Part shown: piece after piece, positions 58,421 to 64,000 of the stretch
Layout: every line of letters starts with the position of its first letter
Position numbering within the stretch: the first letter of the stretch is position 1
Assembly: GCA_034530615.2 (NCBI GenBank)
Contig: JAVRCV020000039.1
Location: 53,863-117,862, forward strand
Reading direction: 5' to 3'
DNA length: 64,000 nt
From: Aulosira sp. ZfuVER01
Lineage (GTDB): Bacteria > Cyanobacteriota > Cyanobacteriia > Cyanobacteriales > Nostocaceae
Notes under the pieces: model-generated
The model's database searches: none
Seen by the model: the letters and a program-made list of their open reading frames with translations, nothing else
What the model was told of the DNA's origin: nothing
Translations under genes and position numbers: made by a program

Positions 58421-59293
58421 TCAATTCTTGATTGGGTGTCGTTGTATATGATTGAGAATTTCATCTTTTACACGCGCAAACTGTTCCTGCACTAGCGTGT
58501 GTCCGGCATCAAGTTCAATCAGCGAATACTCCCCTTTCATATATTGTTTTGTCATTTCCACACCTGCACGGCCAACGGCAATATCTTGGTTTCCCCATAT
58601 CAGTATCGACGGCTGAAAAACATCACCGTATTGAATAGGAAGCTCTTTATTAGCTCTGTACCAGTTGATTGTGGCTTGGCGAGCATTAAACTCTTTAAAA
58701 ACAGTTAAGTAGTCTGCTACTTCTCGATCGGAAGAGAATTTCCAAAGCAAGGGGCGCTTCCCGGAAGCGGCGAAGCCCAAAACTGTTTCCGGAATGATTG
58801 AAGTCTGGAAGAAATTTATATACCAGCTTCGCTTTTTTTGATCTGTATCCGTTCTTCTAGCAGTAGCAAATGCAGCCATGTGAGGTATGGATAAAGCAGC
58901 CCAGCTATTTACTCGTTCAGGATAAAGTTGAACAACAGTCCAGCCGCATCCAGCCCCCCAGTCATGTCCTACTAGATGAAATTTTTGAAACCCTACCGCA
59001 TCTGCAAGTGCTACGATATCGGATGCAATTTCATTGATACGATAGCTTTTTACATCTTTGGGTCTCGCACCTGGACTGTATCCACGCTGATCTGGAGCTA
59101 AACATCTGTATCCTTGGGATGCAAGAGCAATTAAAATGCCTTCCCACATCTGAGACGTTTCCGGAAAGCCATGAAGTAAGATAACAGGCTCTCCACTATT
59201 TTCCAGACCACAAATCCGACACCGGAATGTCATTCCCTTAACTTGCAATTCCTCGATCTCAATTTGATATTCTTTATCGGTTTTGCTCTCCAT
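58421..59293 (-). CDS. Alpha/beta hydrolase (epoxide hydrolase-like)
   Basis: LLHGFPE, APDQRGYS, VGHDWGA, WGNQD and AGH motifs. Confidence 0.92.
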   Translation of the reverse strand: MESKTDKEYQIEIEELQVKGMTFRCRICGLENSGEPVILLHGFPETSQMWEGILIALASQGYRCLAPDQRGYSPGARPKDVKSYRINEIASDIVALADAVGFQKFHLVGHDWGAGCGWTVVQLYPERVNSWAALSIPHMAAFATARRTDTDQKKRSWYINFFQTSIIPETVLGFAASGKRPLLWKFSSDREVADYLTVFKEFNARQATINWYRANKELPIQYGDVFQPSILIWGNQDIAVGRAGVEMTKQYMKGEYSLIELDAGHTLVQEQFARVKDEILNHIQRHPIKN

Positions 59294-59334
59294 AAACTCC
59301 TGTGGTTATTTTGTGTTAATAGTTCTGATAGGCA

Positions 59335-59638
59335 CTAAGCAATACAAGCACGTAAACCATTCAGAGTAATCATCAATGTCATCGGTTCAAGAGGAGACAC
59401 ATTAAAACCTAAAGCCAAATAAAAATCCTTGGCTGACTTGGAAATAGCATGAACAATAATTCCTCGAATTCCAATCGTATCGGCAGCTTGAACAACCCGT
59501 AGCGCAGCATCACGAAATAAAATCAGTTCTATTTTTACCTTGCACTTTGGCTGCCATATCTATTAAATCGCATTCTTCTGGCTTAATTCGCAAATTTAGG
59601 GTGTTACGCGGAGTCTTACTTTTTGTTTTCTCGCTCAT
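59335..59638 (-). pseudogene. Collapsed DUF1778-GNAT TA operon (antitoxin head fused to toxin tail)
   Basis: MSEKTKSKTPRNTLNLRIKPEECDLIDMAAKVQGKNRTDFI joins out of frame at TTTATTT (~59515-59521) to LFRDAALRVVQAADTIGIRGIIVHAISKSAKDFYLALGF..PLEPMTLMITL..*. Confidence 0.85.
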
Positions 59639-59687
59639 GCTTGCTTTATTGCTTTGCAATTCCTAATTAAATTAATTTAAACCTCAT

Positions 59688-59706
59688 GTAATGACAATCA
59701 CATTAC
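59688..59706. promoter_or_regulatory. Putative operator of the decayed TA operon
   Basis: GTAATG-N7-CATTAC palindrome about 50 bp upstream of the antitoxin ATG. Confidence 0.5.
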
Positions 59707-59778
59707 GATATCCCTCGATCAATCGTCCAATCTGCGATGCCTACGCAAACGGCATAGTGTGCCAGTTCACGCTTAAAT

Positions 59779-62700
59779 TTAGACTGTCACACCTTCCAAC
59801 TCTTCATCTGTTAAGTCATACAACTGGCGTAACTTATCTAACTTATCCGAATCAGCTTGCCAAAAACCCCGGCCATGCGCTTCTAACATCCTCCCAACAA
59901 TATTGCGGAATGCTTCCGGGTTTGCCTTGCGTAATTTTTCCGCCATCTCTGCATCTAAAGCATAAGTATCAGCTGCTTGGTCATATACCCAATCATCAGT
60001 AAAATCCGCAGTACCGCCCCAACCAATCAACGCCGTCATCCGTTGAGATATTTCAAACGCACCACCAGAACCTTGATTAGCCATTGCTTGCGCCCATTTA
60101 GGATTTACCAACTTCGTGCGGTACTCCATCCGCAGTAAATCATCTAAGTTGCGGGGTGTGGTGTCTTTGGAGAAACTTTCGACAAAACTAGTGGTGATTT
60201 TCTTACCGCGTTGTTTTTCTGCCGCTTTCTTCAACCCACCAGTATTGGCGTAATATTCTTGAATATCGGTAATGCCATATTCTACCGAATCAATTTCTTG
60301 GACAATGCGATCGCTTGTTTTCAACAAAGTATTCAACACCTCAGGCCTAGCCTGTCCCTTATCTTGTCGCCCATAGCTGAAAACATTGCGACTTTGCCAA
60401 GTATTACCTAACTCCTCTCCAGATTCCCAATTCCCATCCACAACTTGGTCATTCACCAAAGAACCAAAATCTCCCGCAGGGTTAGAAAACAACCTTGCAG
60501 ATACATTCTCTACCCCTTGCGCCTTCAAAGCCAAAGCGTGTTTTTTAATAAAATTCTCCTCTTCCGGTTCCTCAGCATCAGCAGCACGTTGAAACAAATC
60601 ATCTAATAACTCGATGATATTCACAAAACTATCGCGGAAAATTCCCGATAGATTTCCTAACACATCAATGCGGGGATGTCCCACCTCAGCTAAGGGTTTC
60701 AACTCATAACGAACAATTCTCCCCGTTCCTTCCTTCACAGCTTCAGCGCCAACTAATTCTAATAGAATTCCCAACGATTCACCCTTAGTTTTAATCGCAT
60801 CCAAACCCCATAACATCACCGCCACAGTCTCCGGATACTTCCCATGTTCTGCTAAATGTTGGGCGATAATTTTTTGCGCAATTTCCCTCCCTCTTTCATA
60901 AGCAGCAGGTGAAGGCATTCTATAAGGATCTAAAGCATGAATATTCCTACCCGTAGGTAACACACCAGGCCCATCCCGCAACAAATCACCACCAGGCGCA
61001 GGCGGAATATATTCCCCATTCAAACCCCTCAATAAATTCGCTAACTCATCCGTAGATTGCATCAACAAATCTCTAATTAGCCCTTCCTCCTCTCTGCGTT
61101 CTCTGCGCCTCTGCGGTTCGTCTCCAAAATAAGCCTCCAAATACCCCGCCATTTTTTCCTCATTCGGTTCTTCCCCCAAAGTATGCAATCCAGAAGAAAA
61201 CAACCGACTTTCTAAAACCTGCAAATACTCATACAACTTCACCAAATAGTCATCAAAAACATGGGCACTAAACATCCGCACATTTTCATAACTAAAAGAA
61301 ATCCCCAACTTCTTCGCATCTTCCAACGGACAATCTGCATCCAAACCAGTGTCCACAATTTTGCGACAAATAGCTTCCTTCAGCGCATAATTCTTTTGCG
61401 GATCTTCCCGATACTCAGAGATTAAATCCCTTAGCGCCAACAACTCCTTATACAAACCTGCACGACCATAAGGCGGCACATTATGGGAAATTAACACCCC
61501 ATAACCGCGACGCTTCGCCAAAATCGACTCCGAAGGATTATTCGCCGCATATATATATAGATTAGGCAAATCTCCTAACAAAATATCCGACCAAGAATAA
61601 CCCGTATTTCCTAAAGGCGAACCAGGCAACCATTCCACAGTCCCATGCATTCCAAAATGAACCACAGCATCAGCTTTTAACTCATTTTGTAGCCATTTAT
61701 AAAAAGCAGCATATTGAGGATGAGGTGTTAAATCTCGCTCAAACATTAACCGCATCGGATCGCCTTGTAAACCCAAAGGCGGCTGTACACCTATCCAAAC
61801 ATTTCCTAACTGTACACCCCCAATTTGAAACTCATCACCATAAGTTTTAATCCCCGCCCCCGTGAGAGATTTCCATTGTTTTTTAATGCGAGAAGTGCGG
61901 AGATATCCTAACCATTTTTCTAGAGTCCGGGCGTTAACAGACGCGGGGACGCGGGGACGTTCTGACGCGGGGAATATCTCTGTCTCCGTGTCTCCCTTCG
62001 GGTTCGCCACTTTGCTTATGCCGGGAAACCCGTCCACCGCAAGTGACTCACCGTGTCTCCGTGTCTCCGCGTCAATCACATTTTCATCCGCCTCCTTCAC
62101 CCAGCGAATTAACTCTTCGCCATCCTCAGGTAAATCTCCTACTTTGTATCCTTGTTCTTTCAGTGCTTGCAACAACTTTAATAAACTACGCGGCACATTT
62201 AATAAAGCTGCTGTCCCCACAGCACCATAACCAGGAGGAAACCCATATAAAATAATTGCAATCTTACGTTCCGATGCAGGTTTTTGTCGCAAATTAATCC
62301 AGCTTTTTACCCTGCCAATTAATCGCTGTACTCGTTCGGGAACTAAATAAATATCTTCACCCACCAAACCACCAAGGGGAACAGTATCAATCGCCCCATC
62401 GAGTTCTGGTAAAGCGTATAACACCACACTTTGCAACCCACCAATACCTTGGCGCGTCCAAGAATAAATATCTTGAATTAACAACGGTGCAGCAACAAAA
62501 TAAGGGACATTTTTAGCTGAAAGAATCCGCTTTGCAACTTCTACTTGTCGCCCTGCTTCCATTGAACCAGCCGGGCCGCCAACTAAAGAAAAACCAATTG
62601 TCGAAACAACAGCATCCACCTTCACTGCTTCTTGTGAAAGTGAGGGGGTTTCAATATTGCCAACTTTTCTTTGCTCAAGTTCGTAGTCAGTTGTCATCCA

Positions 62701-63537
62701 ATCTCTGACAGCCACGTGTCCTTCCACACCATTAATAAAAATTGGTAAAGGAATTAACCCAGCTGCTTCAAAACGACGAATTAATTGGGGAATATATTGT
62801 TGTTTGGTAATAACGTGTTTGCGATACAGCAGAATTCCCACAACCGGATTTTGAATTTTGAATTGCTGCTGATACCATGACAAATATGCTTTTGGTGATT
62901 CAAAAAATCCTGGATAATCTGGATGTAATAGCCCCATATTCGGGGTTTCCACAGGCGCGGGAATATCGCCAACTTTTAACCCCAAATATTTTTCTGCCAG
63001 AGTCCAGAATAGTGACGCGACATTTTCAGGGCCGCCAGCATTCCAATAACCATAGATAATTAGCCAGTTGCGTAAATCTTGGACTTTTTGTACTGGTATA
63101 TATTTGAGTAGTTTCGGCCCTACTTTTAAAAAGCTAATATAACCAGCGAGTTTGTCTTCTTCTCTACCGTTACTAAATTTATCCAGAATGAATTTAACAG
63201 GCTTGGGCATACCTTTGGGTTTATTGCCAATGGCAAAATCGCCCAGCTTGGTTAAACTCATCAATTCCAAAGCCGACTCGAACACTAGCCGGATGGGAAT
63301 TTGGGAGATGCGATCGCGCAACCACAAAATCTGGTCATAATCAAATAGCAAGCTGCCAAAAAAGACATCAGCGTCTTGGAGTGCTGCTTCTACTTCCTGG
63401 CGCTTGGTGGTAATATCGCGATCGCTAAACACGCGAATGTCCAACTCAGAACAGCGAGAGTTAGCGACAAAAGCTGCTTTTCTATACAAGTCAGCGTTAA
63501 AGGATTCAAATCCAGCAATCAAGACGATGCGTTTCAT
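59779..63537 (-). CDS. bchH: Magnesium chelatase subunit H family protein (BchH/ChlH paralog)
   Basis: GFSLVGGPAG, HFGMHGTVEWLPG, YAANNPSE, VLPTGRNIHALDP and NPKWA motifs. Confidence 0.9.
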   Translation of the reverse strand: MKRIVLIAGFESFNADLYRKAAFVANSRCSELDIRVFSDRDITTKRQEVEAALQDADVFFGSLLFDYDQILWLRDRISQIPIRLVFESALELMSLTKLGDFAIGNKPKGMPKPVKFILDKFSNGREEDKLAGYISFLKVGPKLLKYIPVQKVQDLRNWLIIYGYWNAGGPENVASLFWTLAEKYLGLKVGDIPAPVETPNMGLLHPDYPGFFESPKAYLSWYQQQFKIQNPVVGILLYRKHVITKQQYIPQLIRRFEAAGLIPLPIFINGVEGHVAVRDWMTTDYELEQRKVGNIETPSLSQEAVKVDAVVSTIGFSLVGGPAGSMEAGRQVEVAKRILSAKNVPYFVAAPLLIQDIYSWTRQGIGGLQSVVLYALPELDGAIDTVPLGGLVGEDIYLVPERVQRLIGRVKSWINLRQKPASERKIAIILYGFPPGYGAVGTAALLNVPRSLLKLLQALKEQGYKVGDLPEDGEELIRWVKEADENVIDAETRRHGESLAVDGFPGISKVANPKGDTETEIFPASERPRVPASVNARTLEKWLGYLRTSRIKKQWKSLTGAGIKTYGDEFQIGGVQLGNVWIGVQPPLGLQGDPMRLMFERDLTPHPQYAAFYKWLQNELKADAVVHFGMHGTVEWLPGSPLGNTGYSWSDILLGDLPNLYIYAANNPSESILAKRRGYGVLISHNVPPYGRAGLYKELLALRDLISEYREDPQKNYALKEAICRKIVDTGLDADCPLEDAKKLGISFSYENVRMFSAHVFDDYLVKLYEYLQVLESRLFSSGLHTLGEEPNEEKMAGYLEAYFGDEPQRRRERREEEGLIRDLLMQSTDELANLLRGLNGEYIPPAPGGDLLRDGPGVLPTGRNIHALDPYRMPSPAAYERGREIAQKIIAQHLAEHGKYPETVAVMLWGLDAIKTKGESLGILLELVGAEAVKEGTGRIVRYELKPLAEVGHPRIDVLGNLSGIFRDSFVNIIELLDDLFQRAADAEEPEEENFIKKHALALKAQGVENVSARLFSNPAGDFGSLVNDQVVDGNWESGEELGNTWQSRNVFSYGRQDKGQARPEVLNTLLKTSDRIVQEIDSVEYGITDIQEYYANTGGLKKAAEKQRGKKITTSFVESFSKDTTPRNLDDLLRMEYRTKLVNPKWAQAMANQGSGGAFEISQRMTALIGWGGTADFTDDWVYDQAADTYALDAEMAEKLRKANPEAFRNIVGRMLEAHGRGFWQADSDKLDKLRQLYDLTDEELEGVTV
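61996..62052. repeat. 57-bp hairpin element inserted in frame in bchH
   Basis: CTTCGGGTTCGCCACTTTGCTTATGCCGGGAAACCCGTCCACCGCAAGTGACTCACC inside CCGTGTCT 8-bp repeats. A near copy lies at about 21355-21440. Confidence 0.75.
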
Positions 63538-63684
63538 GCCGTAAGCTAAAAAATATTGTCTTTACCTCGATCATAATTCGCCTTTCAAGGTAAAACCTGA
63601 CACTGTTAGGTTAATGTCCTGTCTTTTTTGGGAATACGCTAACATACCATTGTATAAATAACAGTGGTTAAACCGCGTAAATCT

Positions 63685-63750
63685 ATGGATATTGCTTTAA
63701 TTGTTAAATTTCTCGCCCCTTGTCTGCCATTTTTGTTGAATGTGGGTAAT
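63685..63750 (+). pseudogene. N-terminal fragment of a conserved cyanobacterial hypothetical gene interrupted by MITEs
   Basis: MDIALIVKFLAPCLPFLLNVGN, followed directly by element DNA. Confidence 0.55.
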
Positions 63751-63751
63751 A

Positions 63752-63925
63752 ATCCCTCTTTTGTTACCTTCGGCAGAGAATAATCTGAGACTCCTATTTT
63801 TACGTCTCTTCTCAACAAAGGTATTTAAATGATAAAGTGGGCTGGCGATCGCACAATTCATTATTTTGTTTAGCGTTCAGAAGTGGGACAGTATTTTTCT
63901 CTCCTCGTAGTAACAAAAGAGGGAT
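63752..63925. mobile_element. 174-bp MITE with perfect 16-bp TIRs and an AATA target duplication
   Basis: Ends ATCCCTCTTTTGTTAC / GTAACAAAAGAGGGAT. AATA is present at 63748-63751 and 63926-63929. Confidence 0.8.
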
Positions 63926-64000
63926 AATACCAATTCTCTAAAATTCGGCAACAGATAGAGCCTCAAGAATGTGCTTTCGTCCAGCAATAGATGCAATGAT

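Overview
Chromosomal window from a filamentous, most likely heterocyst-forming (Nostocales-like) cyanobacterium. Evidence: dense HIP1 octamers (GCGATCGC), STRR-type tandem repeats, hepA/hepC-like genes, Tab2, CcmS-like and Mg-chelatase H genes. Housekeeping genes include an hflX paralog, comB, purT, an ABC-F ATPase, gpsA, lipA, tRNA-Pro(CGG), alpha-2-macroglobulin, pbpC and bchH/chlH. They are interleaved with a GT-Glf / GH1-RmlD fusion pair, three tandem stand-alone vWA genes plus an Slr1339-like gene, and a ~15 kb divergent hepA/hepC/wzc-like polysaccharide locus. Several small accessory hotspots carry intact and decayed toxin-antitoxin modules and miniature mobile repeats. The most striking unexplained structure is at 44.2-45.7 kb: two diverged extra copies of the 3' end of the alpha-2-macroglobulin gene both break off exactly at the same intragenic HIP1 octamer, and between them lies a hypervariable 8 x 99-bp HEAT-repeat ORF. 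This suggests repeated HIP1-anchored cargo insertion with 3'-end replacement. Other orphan gene tails (Uma2, YoeB, RelE-like) occur elsewhere in the window. No CRISPR array, rRNA, intact transposase or integrase was seen. All family assignments come from recognising motifs by eye, not from database searches.
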